DNA of 63,393 nucleotides, counting the filler. It is 3 parts of 3 records of this genome, joined end to end, with 100 filler letters (N's around TTAATTAATTAA, not from the genome) between each part and the next. Parts side by side here need not be neighbours in the genome. Positions count along the whole stretch, not along the records: positions 1 to 27,605 come from SRR31156797_322; 2 more parts are not named here. The stretch is one strand, 5' to 3'. Made by a program: the position numbers and the translations under genes. The notes below the pieces were generated by a model. That model ran no database searches. It had not been told where the DNA came from and was given only the letters and a program-made list of their open reading frames with translations. Of the stretch, positions 10,470-20,815 are shown piece by piece. Every line of letters begins with the position of its first letter. The first letter of the stretch is position 1.

Positions 10470-11600
10470 TTATTGTTGACTTATGTTATATATGACATTT
10501 CTTTCTTTTAGGTACTTCAGAATATAAGTCAGGTTGCCATCTGGTTGTCCTACCATTTCAGGTGCACTTATCCCTTTTGAGTTATAACCACCGTCGAGCA
10601 TTAGGTTTGCTACAGCATTACAGGTATATCCGGTGGTCCGTGCCATTGAAATAATTTGATTTTTACGATCAAACCTATCGTGCAAATGGCAAGTAACAGT
10701 TTTTGGGATTCCGTCTTTTATTCCCGTAATAACAATTCTCATAACAGTGAAATCTTCTTCTCCTTCTTGCAATTGCCATTTGGGGAAAAGTAGTTTGGCT
10801 GTAACATCAATTGGGCGTATTTTAACACCATTTATTTCCAATTCTTTATAAGAAAAAAAGCCCGACTCTCGCAATACCCTTAGGTATTTAATACAGCCCG
10901 GATACCTCAGTGTTTTTTCTATCATGTTTGGAATGTTCTTCATTGTTTGAATCAACGAACGAAGTCCATCGGAGTTCCAGGATTCAAGAGTACCTATTTC
11001 TTCAAAATCGACCAATTCCGGTTCTGAAAGCGCTTCTTTGGTCACAAGTTCATAGTTTTGAATGTAACGGGCCGGCCTTGTATATTCTTCAATAACATCG
11101 ATTGGAGAGAATACCGCTTTATATTCAAAAGGCCATTCGCGGATTATCGGTAGTCCGCCAACCAAACATTCGTAAGACTGAACTTGCATTTGTTTGCTAT
11201 AATGGCCCAGGATAATATTTCCCATTCCCGGAGCTACACCACAGTCGGCAACAATAGTTACTTTGTTCTTTTTAGCTAAGCCGTCAAGTTTAAAAAAGTC
11301 TTCGGGCATAAAAGAAATGTCAACCATATTAATGCCAGTCTCAATAACAGCTTTCATGGTTTGGAAACCTAAAAAACCAGGGACCGCACCAATTACCAGA
11401 TCGTAATCGCCAATAAGTTTTTTTATTGTTTCCGGATGCGAAAAATCAGCTTTAATTGTTTTTATGGCATCAAATGAGTCAAGTTTTTTTAGTGCTTCTT
11501 TATTGATGTCGACACTGGTTACGGAGTGATTTTCTGATAGGTCTTTAGCGATAGTGTTACCTACCAATCCGGCTCCCAATACAATGATTTGTTTTTTCAT
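10470..11600 (-). CDS. Saccharopine/lysine dehydrogenase family oxidoreductase
   Basis: GAGLVG Rossmann motif, DCGVAPG, VGGLP, EKTLRYPG, MARTTGY. Confidence 0.88.
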   Translation of the reverse strand: MKKQIIVLGAGLVGNTIAKDLSENHSVTSVDINKEALKKLDSFDAIKTIKADFSHPETIKKLIGDYDLVIGAVPGFLGFQTMKAVIETGINMVDISFMPEDFFKLDGLAKKNKVTIVADCGVAPGMGNIILGHYSKQMQVQSYECLVGGLPIIREWPFEYKAVFSPIDVIEEYTRPARYIQNYELVTKEALSEPELVDFEEIGTLESWNSDGLRSLIQTMKNIPNMIEKTLRYPGCIKYLRVLRESGFFSYKELEINGVKIRPIDVTAKLLFPKWQLQEGEEDFTVMRIVITGIKDGIPKTVTCHLHDRFDRKNQIISMARTTGYTCNAVANLMLDGGYNSKGISAPEMVGQPDGNLTYILKYLKERNVIYNISQQ

Positions 11601-11709
11601 AAATGCCCTGATTATTAGCTGTTAAAACGCTTGTGTGCAACTAGTGTATCGGGATCATCGCCAAACGTGTAATTGTGGAATCAGGTTAAAAATATAGTAT
11701 GGATAGTCC

Positions 11710-12357
11710 TTAATCAAGTTGGATTAGTCCTTTCTTTAATGCATATTTTACAATGTCCGAGTTTGTCTTTATTTCAAGCTTTTCCAGAATATTTTGTTTA
11801 TGTGTACCAACGGTTTTTACACTAATAAAAAGTTTGTCGCCAATTTCACGTGTTGATTTACCTTCAGCAAAAAGTAAAAATATTTCCTTTTCACGTTCCG
11901 ATAGTTGTGAGTAGGCATCGTTGTCGGAAGCACTTGAATTGAGGTAGCCGTTAATTACAATTTCCGTAATATCTTCGCTTAAAAATTTTTTGCCATCGTA
12001 AACCGAATTTACTGCATCGGTCAACTGACGGTATGTACAGTTTTTTAGCAGGTAACCATCTGCCCCTGCTTCAAGCATTCCTTTAACATATTGCTTGTCG
12101 GAATGCATCGATACTGCAATGATTTTGATTTCAGGGACCCTCTCTTTTAGGATTTTTGTTACTTCAATTCCATTTACTTTAGGCATTGCAATATCTACCA
12201 ATAACACATCTGGTTTAAATGCTTCCACTTTGTCAATAGCATCCTGCCCATTTTCTGCCTGAGCAATAACCTCGATATTATCAGCAGAATGAAGTAGGTT
12301 AATTAATCCTTCTCTAAAAAGTTGGTGATCGTCAGAAACTATTACTTTTATCTTCAT
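11710..12357 (-). CDS. NarL/LuxR-family response regulator
   Basis: DDHQLFREG, DIAMP receiver; LSEREKEI...ISVKTVGTHKQNILEKL HTH. Confidence 0.92.
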   Translation of the reverse strand: MKIKVIVSDDHQLFREGLINLLHSADNIEVIAQAENGQDAIDKVEAFKPDVLLVDIAMPKVNGIEVTKILKERVPEIKIIAVSMHSDKQYVKGMLEAGADGYLLKNCTYRQLTDAVNSVYDGKKFLSEDITEIVINGYLNSSASDNDAYSQLSEREKEIFLLFAEGKSTREIGDKLFISVKTVGTHKQNILEKLEIKTNSDIVKYALKKGLIQLD

Positions 12358-12432
12358 TTTAATGAAATTTTTTAGGTTATAAGCAATATTTTATTGATAA
12401 AATTTGCTTATAACCGAGTTGTTAGCCTATTT

Positions 12433-13497
12433 TTAATATGTTGTCGGAATTTCGATTTCAGCTAGTGTCCCTTTTTCTTTTGCTTCTATTTTAAAGGATC
12501 CGTTTAAGCTTTCAATTCGTTCCGTAATACTTAATAATCCAAATCCTCCTTTGTTAGAAGGTGATTTTATTTTTGATTTATCAAACCCAATCCCGTTATC
12601 TTCAACCGAAATATAGTACATGTCATTTCTAATAGCTTGTTTAACAATGATCTCGGTTGCTTCAGCGTGTTTGTAGGTATTGGTTAGCAATTCCCCTACA
12701 GTTCGGTATAGAAAGATATTATTATCTCTGCTCAATTGTGTTTCTTCGTTGTTAACAATAAGCTTTGTAAGTATTGCAAATTCTTTTTCGAATTGTTCAA
12801 GTTTCCATTTTATTGCCGGAATAAGACCAAGTTCGTACAAAATAGGAGGACTAAGGTCGTAGGTAAGTCTGCGCGATTCCTCAATTGCTTTATTTAATAG
12901 TTTGGAAGTAAACTGAATGGTATTTTTAACATTAGGAGAACAATCTTTTACGTGGATAGAAGATAGGTTTATAAAAGCCAGACCAAGTGTTTGTCCCAGA
13001 CTGTCATGCAGGTTTTCAGCAATTCGTCTTCTTTCTCTTTCTTCAACCAGTGTAATTTCTTTATTTAACTTTTTTAGTTGCTCCTGGTATGTTTTAATAC
13101 GTAAAGCAACATTTATCTGGGCTTTTAACTCTATTTGGTCAAAAGGTTTGGAAATAAAAGAATCGGCACCTGCATTTAAGCCTTTAGTGCGTTCTGTACT
13201 GTCTCGCCCAAGGGCTGATACCATTATTATTGGAATGTGCCTGGTTTTGTTGTTGCTCTTTAACAGTTTACATGTTTCGTATCCATCAAGTCCCGGCATC
13301 ATTATATCGAGTAATACAAGGTCTGGATTTTCGTTCTTTGCTACCTTAATTCCTTCTTCCCCGTTCAGTGCGCCTATAAAAGTGGAATCAGGATAATACA
13401 GTTTAATAATTTGCGATAAAAGTTCCAGATTGATACTATTATCATCTATTGCTAGAATTTTCTTCATTCTTTCTGTTTCATTATCGTTTACCAACAT
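12433..13497 (-). CDS. Cytoplasmic receiver + HisKA_3 histidine kinase (start probably MKKILAIDD)
   Basis: Receiver LLDIMMP; EERERRRIAENLHDSLGQ; VEDNGIGF; GGFGLLSI. Confidence 0.88.
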   Translation of the reverse strand: MLVNDNETERMKKILAIDDNSINLELLSQIIKLYYPDSTFIGALNGEEGIKVAKNENPDLVLLDIMMPGLDGYETCKLLKSNNKTRHIPIIMVSALGRDSTERTKGLNAGADSFISKPFDQIELKAQINVALRIKTYQEQLKKLNKEITLVEERERRRIAENLHDSLGQTLGLAFINLSSIHVKDCSPNVKNTIQFTSKLLNKAIEESRRLTYDLSPPILYELGLIPAIKWKLEQFEKEFAILTKLIVNNEETQLSRDNNIFLYRTVGELLTNTYKHAEATEIIVKQAIRNDMYYISVEDNGIGFDKSKIKSPSNKGGFGLLSITERIESLNGSFKIEAKEKGTLAEIEIPTTY

Positions 13498-13694
13498 AAT
13501 GAAAAACTGTTAAGGGTGTAAATTTTTACCTGCTTTTAAGTTAAAGTTACTAAAACTGTGGGCAATTATGCAATAAAAGGTAAAAAATACTTAGAAAGAA
13601 TTGGGTATTTTACTGATGTTGTGCTTGGGAAAAATTGGAGAATTAAGAATTTCTATCTTTTTTAGTTATAAGCTTACAGTGATCAAAATTGAAA

Positions 13695-14324
13695 TTATTG
13701 CTTTATAATTCCATACATAAGTCCTATTCCTGCTCCAAAATATGTTTGTTTGCTGTTTAGCACAACAAGCGGTCCTACCGACATGCCAATTGTGCAACAT
13801 AATGGCAATTCAAATTTTGGATTCATAACAAAACTTATCTTTTTTGAAGTGTCGGTTTTAAAACCATATTTATTTCCAGTTGATGCCATTTCAAAAATAG
13901 GTTCGCGGTAAGTTGATATTCCAGGTCCACCCTGCATAACAAGACGAATACTTTTCTTTTTGCTTAAGTTGAATATGCGTCCCACCATCATGTGTAAGTT
14001 TTCGGCATTCTCGAATGGCTGCGAGGCATAAGCCGGTTCCATATTTGAGGCTGATTTTAGAAATTCATCGGTTGGAGAGGATGATGATTTAGTAGTTGCC
14101 GAATAACCAAGGCTTATTTTATACTTGTTATTATAAACATAATTCAGACCAATGTTCCCACCATTTTCTTGACCAACAATAAATTCTCCGGAGGTATATA
14201 AAAAGTGCTCATGCGAAGAAAGGAATTTGTAGGACCATTGTGCCTTTCCGGCGATTGTAGCTAAACAAAATGCAATTATAAGTATGGTTGTTTTCATAAT
14301 AGTATGTTTTGCGTGTTCGTTCAT
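13695..14324 (-). CDS. Exported hypothetical protein, likely small beta-barrel
   Basis: Signal peptide and Gly/aromatic-rich strands ending GAGIGLMYG. Confidence 0.55.
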   Translation of the reverse strand: MNEHAKHTIMKTTILIIAFCLATIAGKAQWSYKFLSSHEHFLYTSGEFIVGQENGGNIGLNYVYNNKYKISLGYSATTKSSSSPTDEFLKSASNMEPAYASQPFENAENLHMMVGRIFNLSKKKSIRLVMQGGPGISTYREPIFEMASTGNKYGFKTDTSKKISFVMNPKFELPLCCTIGMSVGPLVVLNSKQTYFGAGIGLMYGIIKQ

Positions 14325-14730
14325 GCGCGTTTAGCTGAAGGTAGTTTGGGGTTTGTTTGCTAAAAGGATGAAAGAACTTTTTTGATTTAATAATTTGAAT
14401 TGTCCTGTATTTCTATTTGTAAAGTTATCGAGTACTTATCAGGCATATAAATATTTTGTGCTGAATTGATTTGAGAGTAAGGACTATAATCTTTTCAGCA
14501 AAAGGTTCTGTTAACTAAGAAATTAAGAAGAGTGATTACGCGATTTAGCTCTTTTGTGCTGTAATTTACCGGGTAGAACGATCATTAATTGAGGTTTGGG
14601 CTAATAATTGAAAGCGCAGGTATACTTTTCTTATTAAAAGAAGAAATTATCAGTTTTATCATACAGGTAACCGGATAAAAGATATATTTGTACTTGTTAC
14701 AATAAGTAGTGTTGGAAAAAAGATGAAATC

Positions 14731-15573
14731 ATGAAAAACCTTAATTTAAGAGTAAAGCTTACTTTTTTGTTTGTTATTGTATTAACCAGTTCGCAACTAT
14801 TTGCTCAAAATCCTAATTTCCATATTTACCTATGTTTCGGACAATCGAACATGGAAGGTTGTGGAACTATTGAGGAAAAAGATAAAGTTGTTGATAGTCG
14901 ATTTAAGATGATGGCAACAGTTGATTGTCGGGAAAGGGGAAGAGTAAACGGAAATTGGTATACCGCTATACCTCCTTTAAGTCAGTGTTGGGCTGGTTTG
15001 TCTCCGGTCGATTATTTTGGGCGAACAATGATTAAAAATTTTCCTGATAGTGTGGAAATAGGTGTTTTAAGTGTTGCAGTTGGCGGATGCGATATTCGGT
15101 TATTTGATAAGGATATTTACCAGAATTTTACATCAACCTACGAAGAGGATTGGTTTCAGGATAAAATTAAAGCTTATGGAGGAAATCCATACGAAAGGTT
15201 TATTAGTCTTGCCCAAAAAGCTCAGAATGATGGAGTTATTAAAGGAATTTTATTACATCAGGGAGAAACAAATACGGGAGATAAGGACTGGCCGCTGTAC
15301 GTGAAAAAGATTTACGAAAATATTTTGGCAGATCTTTCTTTAAAAGCAGAGGATGTGCCTCTTTTGGCAGGAGAAGTGGTACACGAAGCACAGCATGGCA
15401 AATGTGCAGAAATGAATTCAATAATCAATAAATTGCCTGAAATAGTTTTGACTGCAAAAGTAATTGCGTCGGAAGGATGTGATGTGCGCACTGACAGTAT
15501 ACATTTTAATTCGGCCGGAGTACGCGAACTTGGAAAACGTTATGCTGAAACGATGCTTGAAGTGATTAAATAG
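14731..15573 (+). CDS. SASA/CE6-like carbohydrate acetyl esterase
   Basis: GQSNMEG, LHQGE and DSIHFN motifs; signal peptide. Confidence 0.85.
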   Translation: MKNLNLRVKLTFLFVIVLTSSQLFAQNPNFHIYLCFGQSNMEGCGTIEEKDKVVDSRFKMMATVDCRERGRVNGNWYTAIPPLSQCWAGLSPVDYFGRTMIKNFPDSVEIGVLSVAVGGCDIRLFDKDIYQNFTSTYEEDWFQDKIKAYGGNPYERFISLAQKAQNDGVIKGILLHQGETNTGDKDWPLYVKKIYENILADLSLKAEDVPLLAGEVVHEAQHGKCAEMNSIINKLPEIVLTAKVIASEGCDVRTDSIHFNSAGVRELGKRYAETMLEVIK

Positions 15574-15639
15574 CTTAAAGAAAATTTGTTTAATTGTGGA
15601 TTCGTACAAACGAAAGAATGTAAGGTTTTAATCCGATTA

Positions 15640-16518
15640 CTAAAGAACACTTCTTGTTCCTGTAAAATTAATCCGAAACTCGCTGGGAGTGCAGCCTTGT
15701 TTCTTTTTGAAAATACGATTGAAATTAGAAATATTATTAAAGCCACAATCAAAGCAGATTTCGGAAATACTTTTATTGGATTCGATTAACCACCGGGTTG
15801 CATATCCGAGACGGATCTCGTTTACAAAATCGACAAAAGATTTACCGGTGCGTTGTTTTATCAGGCGGCTAAACGATACTACCGACATGTTTACCATTTG
15901 TGCAGCATCTTCCAATTTTAGTTTTTCAGAGTAATGGTCTTTTACATATTTATATACTTTTTCAATTCTTTCACTGTTATGAAAATCGTTTTGTCTTTGA
16001 AAAGACATATTGGTAAGCATTTCCTGATCACGTGAAATAGCCAGGTCGTATAAAAGTGATTGAAAAAGAAGGAACCCATCAAATCCTTGTTTTTGACTAA
16101 GACCGAACAGTTTGGGTTCAATCAGTTTGATTGTTTCCTCTGAAAACTTAATGCCTCGATTGGCATTTTGAAAAAGTTCACGAACAGGCTTTAACAAATT
16201 ACGATTGAGCAGATTTTCTGAAAAAAGTTCGCGTGGAAATTGTATTGTAATTTCATGTAATAGTTCCTTTTTTAAGTTTTTATCGTTTTCCCAACCATGA
16301 TACAAATTGGGACCTACCATTACCAGTTCTCTTTGGTCGATGTTTCTGATGTGGTCTCCAACTACTCTTTTGCCACCTTCAGCATTAAATATATAATTGA
16401 TTTCAAATTCCGGGTGAAAATGTATTGGGAAAGTAAAGGCATGTCTTTCGCGGTCAAAAATCAGGAAGCAATCATTTTCTTTTAGCGGTGTAATCTCTCT
16501 GTGAATATGTTCGTTCAT
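15640..16518 (-). CDS. AraC-family regulator (cupin + HTH), divergent from the mannan operon
   Basis: PIHFHPEFEIN cupin; CGFNNISNFNRIFKK HTH. Confidence 0.92.
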   Translation of the reverse strand: MNEHIHREITPLKENDCFLIFDRERHAFTFPIHFHPEFEINYIFNAEGGKRVVGDHIRNIDQRELVMVGPNLYHGWENDKNLKKELLHEITIQFPRELFSENLLNRNLLKPVRELFQNANRGIKFSEETIKLIEPKLFGLSQKQGFDGFLLFQSLLYDLAISRDQEMLTNMSFQRQNDFHNSERIEKVYKYVKDHYSEKLKLEDAAQMVNMSVVSFSRLIKQRTGKSFVDFVNEIRLGYATRWLIESNKSISEICFDCGFNNISNFNRIFKKKQGCTPSEFRINFTGTRSVL

Positions 16519-16534
16519 TGGTCCGAATTTTCTG

Positions 16535-16563
16535 CAAATATAATTGAATTGATAAAATAGTAT
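16535..16563 (-). promoter_or_regulatory. araC promoter -7 box with adjacent repeat copy 1 (TGATAAAATAGTAT, 16550-16563)
   Basis: Minus-strand TATATTTG at 16542-16535 matches the Bacteroidota TAnnTTTG box. The repeat matches 16772-16785 at 13/14 positions. Confidence 0.5.
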
Positions 16564-16771
16564 TGCTTAATGTGTGTTAGAGTGTAGGTTTGTGTAAAAT
16601 GAATGTTTTTTGAATGTAAAATAAATGTAAACTGGTTTTTGTAGTTTGGTTGTTGTTGTGTTGGGTTTATTATTGATGTGTGTTGTAAAAGTCAGTAATA
16701 CAGGTGGATAGGTTGTGTTCTTGGTGTTGCTCTGCTTTAGTGTTTTGTTAATTGGTTTAAATAGATCTGAA

Positions 16772-16837
16772 TGATAAAAAAGTATCATATATCGATATGT
16801 TTTCACTTGTAACCCCTTATTGTAACTTTTACATTTG
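16772..16837 (+). promoter_or_regulatory. Mannan-operon promoter: repeat copy 2 (TGATAAAAAAGTAT) and -7 box TACATTTG
   Basis: Repeat at 16772-16785 and TACATTTG at 16830-16837, upstream of the GH130 ATG. Confidence 0.5.
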
Positions 16838-16909
16838 CCCTGTAAGTTTCCTAATTATCAGTTGGATGGAACAAGTGCATTAACAGGTTAATGCAGATAT
16901 AAAAATAGC

Positions 16910-18094
16910 ATGAACGATTTATTTAAAGATAGACTACGCAGGATTAAGACCGATTACGAGAAGCTGGTTAAGGTAGAAAACGAAGAGTTGTTTTCAACGA
17001 ATGGCGTATATAGTCGGTACAAGAATCCAATATTAACCAGAAATCATATTCCTCTTCATTGGCGGTATGATCTCAATCCTGAGTCGAATCCTCTGTTTAT
17101 AGAGCGTATTGGATTTAACGCCACCTTTAATGCCGGAGCAATGAAGTGGAATGGAAAATATATACTTGCAGTGCGTGTGGAGGGTAACGACAGAAAGTCG
17201 TTTTTTGCTATTGCAGAAAGTCCAAATGGAGTAGATAATTTTGAATTTTGGGAACGACCAATTACGATTCCTCAAACCGAAGATTTGGATACAAACGTTT
17301 ACGACATGCGTTTGACCAGGCACGACGACGGTTGGATTTATGGTGTTTTTTGCACCGAACGCAAAGATCCGGCTGCACCAGATGGTGATACATCAAGTGC
17401 AGTTGCTGCGGCAGGAATTGTTCGCTCAAAAGATTTGTTGGAATGGGAACGTTTACCGGACCTGATTTCTACAACCGGGCAACAACGTAATGTGGTTTTG
17501 TTTCCTCATTTAGTAGATGGGAAATATGCCTTTTATACACGTCCGCAAGATGGATTTATTGATACCGGAAAAGGTGGTGGTATTGGGTTTGGTTTATCGG
17601 ATACGATAGAAAATCCTGAAGTAAAGGAAGAAGTTATTGTAGACGCTAAAACATATCATACTATTTATGAGGTAAAAAATGGCTTAGGTCCTGCCCCCAT
17701 TCGTACCGAACATGGTTGGTTACAGTTGGCACACGGAGTTCGAAATACTGCAGCAGGATTGCGTTATACTTTGTATGTTTTTATGACTGATTTGGAAAAA
17801 CCGTGGATTGTAACCTATAAACCTCACGGACATTTTATAGCGCCTTATGCTGATGAACGCACTGGTGATGTTTCGAATGTGGTATTTTCCAATGGTTGGA
17901 TTGAGGACGAAGACGGAACTGTATTTGTTTATTATGCTGCATCGGATACGCGAATGCATGTGGCAAAAACCAGCGTTGATCAGTTGGTTGATTACTGCAT
18001 GAATTCACCACAAGATAAATTGCATTCTCATTGTTCGGTAGAAACCATAAACGAATTGGTTGACAAAAACAGTGACTTTATGGATTTGGTATAA
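16910..18094 (+). CDS. mgp: GH130 4-O-beta-D-mannosyl-D-glucose phosphorylase
   Basis: RVEGNDRKSFF, DTNVYDMRLT, YTRPQDGFI, EVKNGLGPAP, GDVSNVVF; mannan operon context. Confidence 0.9.
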   Translation: MNDLFKDRLRRIKTDYEKLVKVENEELFSTNGVYSRYKNPILTRNHIPLHWRYDLNPESNPLFIERIGFNATFNAGAMKWNGKYILAVRVEGNDRKSFFAIAESPNGVDNFEFWERPITIPQTEDLDTNVYDMRLTRHDDGWIYGVFCTERKDPAAPDGDTSSAVAAAGIVRSKDLLEWERLPDLISTTGQQRNVVLFPHLVDGKYAFYTRPQDGFIDTGKGGGIGFGLSDTIENPEVKEEVIVDAKTYHTIYEVKNGLGPAPIRTEHGWLQLAHGVRNTAAGLRYTLYVFMTDLEKPWIVTYKPHGHFIAPYADERTGDVSNVVFSNGWIEDEDGTVFVYYAASDTRMHVAKTSVDQLVDYCMNSPQDKLHSHCSVETINELVDKNSDFMDLV

Positions 18095-18152
18095 ATAGGC
18101 CAATCCGTTAAACTCAAAGTAAAAAAAACAGGTAGGCTATCAGGATAATTAA

Positions 18153-19400
18153 ATGACAACTAATCAGAACTTAAAGCAGCTTTCGGAAGAAATGGATCAG
18201 GAGTTGAAAAATATTCTTGAATTTTGGTCGACCAAGGCCATCGATAATAAGAACCAGGGATTTTGGGGGCAGATTGATCATTTGGGAAAAGTGAACAAGA
18301 AAGCCGTTAAAGGCGTTGTTCTAAATGCCCGAATATTATGGACCTTCTCTGCGGCTTGTCGTCATGTTGGTTCTAAGCAACTTGAAGAAATGGCAACACG
18401 AGCATACCAATACCTTACAAAATATTTTTTCGATGATGAGCTTGGAGGGCTGTATTGGGCAGTAGATTGTAACGGGCAACCCGAGAATACAAGGAAACAG
18501 GCTTATGCACAGGGATTTGGTGTTTATGCTTTTTCTGAGTATTATCTGGCAACCGGAAATAAAGAAAGCCTGGAATATGCAAAAGAGCTTTACCACCTGA
18601 TTGAGGTTAACTTCTATGATGAGGTTTATGGTGGCTATATTGAAGCTTTGGATAGAGATTGGAAGCGGTTAGATGATATGCGCTTAAGTGAGAAGGATGC
18701 CAATCTGCCTAAGTCGATGAATACTCATCTGCACCTTCTTGAACCGTATACAAATTTGTACAGGGCCTGGCCAGATCCAAAATTGAAGGAGAGTATCCTT
18801 CATTTACTTGATATTTTTCAAACAAAAATTATTAATACCACAACTGGTAATTTTGATCTTTTTTTTGAAATGGATTGGGAATGTAAAAGTAAAATTGTTT
18901 CGTATGGGCACGATATCGAAGGAGCATGGCTGTTGCATGAAGCGGCTCATGAAATTGGAGACGCTGAGTTAATTAAAAAAGTTCAGGCATTTTCCCTAAA
19001 ATTAGTCGATAACACTCTCGAATTTGGAACCGATGAAGATGGATCTCTATTTAACGAAAAAGAAAATGACCATCTGGATTCTGATAAACATTGGTGGCCA
19101 CAAGCCGAAGCAATGGTTGGCTTAATGGATGCCTGGGAAATTTCAGGAAATAGAAAGTACATTGTTGAAATAGAACGAATTTGGAAATTTATCAGGGAAA
19201 ATATAATCGACCGCGAAAATGGTGAATGGTTTTGGCGGGTGGATATAAATGGGTGTACATGCAATACCGATGATAAAATTGGTTTTTGGAAATGCCCGTA
19301 TCATAATAGTCGTGCTTTAATTGAAATAATTACGCGAATAAAAAAGGTCAATTCAAAATATGGCGAAGCAGAAAACCCGAAAGTTTCGGCATTGGAATAA
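18153..19400 (+). CDS. Cellobiose/mannobiose 2-epimerase (AGE family)
   Basis: NARILWTFS, KSMNTHLH, SYGHDIE, WWPQAE, WKCPYHNSR. Confidence 0.92.
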   Translation: MTTNQNLKQLSEEMDQELKNILEFWSTKAIDNKNQGFWGQIDHLGKVNKKAVKGVVLNARILWTFSAACRHVGSKQLEEMATRAYQYLTKYFFDDELGGLYWAVDCNGQPENTRKQAYAQGFGVYAFSEYYLATGNKESLEYAKELYHLIEVNFYDEVYGGYIEALDRDWKRLDDMRLSEKDANLPKSMNTHLHLLEPYTNLYRAWPDPKLKESILHLLDIFQTKIINTTTGNFDLFFEMDWECKSKIVSYGHDIEGAWLLHEAAHEIGDAELIKKVQAFSLKLVDNTLEFGTDEDGSLFNEKENDHLDSDKHWWPQAEAMVGLMDAWEISGNRKYIVEIERIWKFIRENIIDRENGEWFWRVDINGCTCNTDDKIGFWKCPYHNSRALIEIITRIKKVNSKYGEAENPKVSALE

Positions 19401-19443
19401 TTAAAGCAACAAAAATAAATCTTTACTGGGTATACTTAAAACT

Positions 19444-20814
19444 ATGAACGACAAACTAAAAATAAGAGAAAAGATTGGTTACGGATTTGGCGATGGTGCT
19501 TCATCCATGTTTTGGAAGATTTTTACCATTTATTTACCAATTTTTTATACCGATGTTTTTGGCATATCGGCCGCTGCCGTTGGAACAATGTTGTTGGTGA
19601 CCCGTATCTGGGACACCGCCAACGACCCAATAATGGGAGTTGTTTCTGACCGAACAAATACGCGATGGGGAAAATTCAGGCCATACCTGCTATGGATTTC
19701 TGTTCCCTTTGGAATTGCAGGTGTGCTCTTGTTTACTACTCCTGATTTTGGTTATTCCGGTAAGTTAATTTATGCTTATTGTACTTATACACTAATGATG
19801 ATGGTGTATACGGCCATAAATGTGCCATACGCCAGCTTATTGGGAGTAGCAACTGCTAATTCAAATGATAGAACTACACTGGCTTCTTACCGTATGGTTT
19901 TTGCATTTGGTGGTAGTTTATTGGTTGTGGCTATCTATCAGCCAATAGTTGATTTTTTTAAAGCAGATATGGCAGAAACGAGATCTTACCAGATGACTAT
20001 GATTATAATTGGTGTTCTGGCCGTAGTCTTCTTTTTATTGGCTTTTGCCTGGACCCGCGAAAGAATTACCCCTCCTAAGTCTCAAAAGAACAACCTGAAA
20101 AAAGATTTAAAAAATCTGCTGAACAACGGGCCTTGGTTTATACTCTTGGGAGCGGGAGTAATGACCATCCTGTTTAATACAATACGCGATGGGGTTGCTC
20201 TGTATTATTTTAAATATTTTATCATTGATGAAACTGCCATAGCCTTTTCAAAAATGACCTTTACATTCAGTACTTTATATCTTTTTATCGGGCAGGGAGC
20301 AAATATGCTTGGGGTTATTTTTGCAAAAACAATTTCATCGAAGTTGGGTAAGAAACAAACTTTTGTTTCGGCAATGGTTGGAGCGGCTGTCTTTAGTGTT
20401 TTGTTCCTTTTTATCGGAAAAGGTGAAGTTATTCAGATATACACGTTGCAAATAGTGGTTAGCTTCTGTGCCGGAATCGTATTACCTCTGTTGTGGTCAA
20501 TGTATGCCGATTCTGCTGACTGGTCGGAATGGAAAACAGGAAGGCGTGCTACCGGTTTGGTATTTTCTGCATCGAGTATGACTCAAAAGCTGGGATGGAC
20601 ACTCGGAGGTGCTGTAACGCTTTGGTTGCTGGCTGCCTATGGTTTTAAGGCCAATGTTGATCAAAGCGCAGAAACCATTAAAGGTATAAAATATATGATG
20701 AGCATTTTACCTGCTGCCGCCGCTTTATGTTCAGGAATCTTTATCTATTTCTATCAGCTTAGCGATAAGAAAATGAAACAGATTGCAGCAGAACTGCAAC
20801 AAAAAAGAAGATAA
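19444..20814 (+). CDS. GPH-family MFS sugar:cation symporter
   Basis: EKIGYGFGD, DRTNTRWGKFRPY, TGRRATG; many TM helices. Confidence 0.92.
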   Translation: MNDKLKIREKIGYGFGDGASSMFWKIFTIYLPIFYTDVFGISAAAVGTMLLVTRIWDTANDPIMGVVSDRTNTRWGKFRPYLLWISVPFGIAGVLLFTTPDFGYSGKLIYAYCTYTLMMMVYTAINVPYASLLGVATANSNDRTTLASYRMVFAFGGSLLVVAIYQPIVDFFKADMAETRSYQMTMIIIGVLAVVFFLLAFAWTRERITPPKSQKNNLKKDLKNLLNNGPWFILLGAGVMTILFNTIRDGVALYYFKYFIIDETAIAFSKMTFTFSTLYLFIGQGANMLGVIFAKTISSKLGKKQTFVSAMVGAAVFSVLFLFIGKGEVIQIYTLQIVVSFCAGIVLPLLWSMYADSADWSEWKTGRRATGLVFSASSMTQKLGWTLGGAVTLWLLAAYGFKANVDQSAETIKGIKYMMSILPAAAALCSGIFIYFYQLSDKKMKQIAAELQQKRR

Positions 20815-20815
20815 T

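Noticed and set aside
16567-16806. 79-aa minus-strand ORF
   Set aside because: It is a low-complexity Thr/Asn/Lys translation of a GT-rich divergent promoter region.
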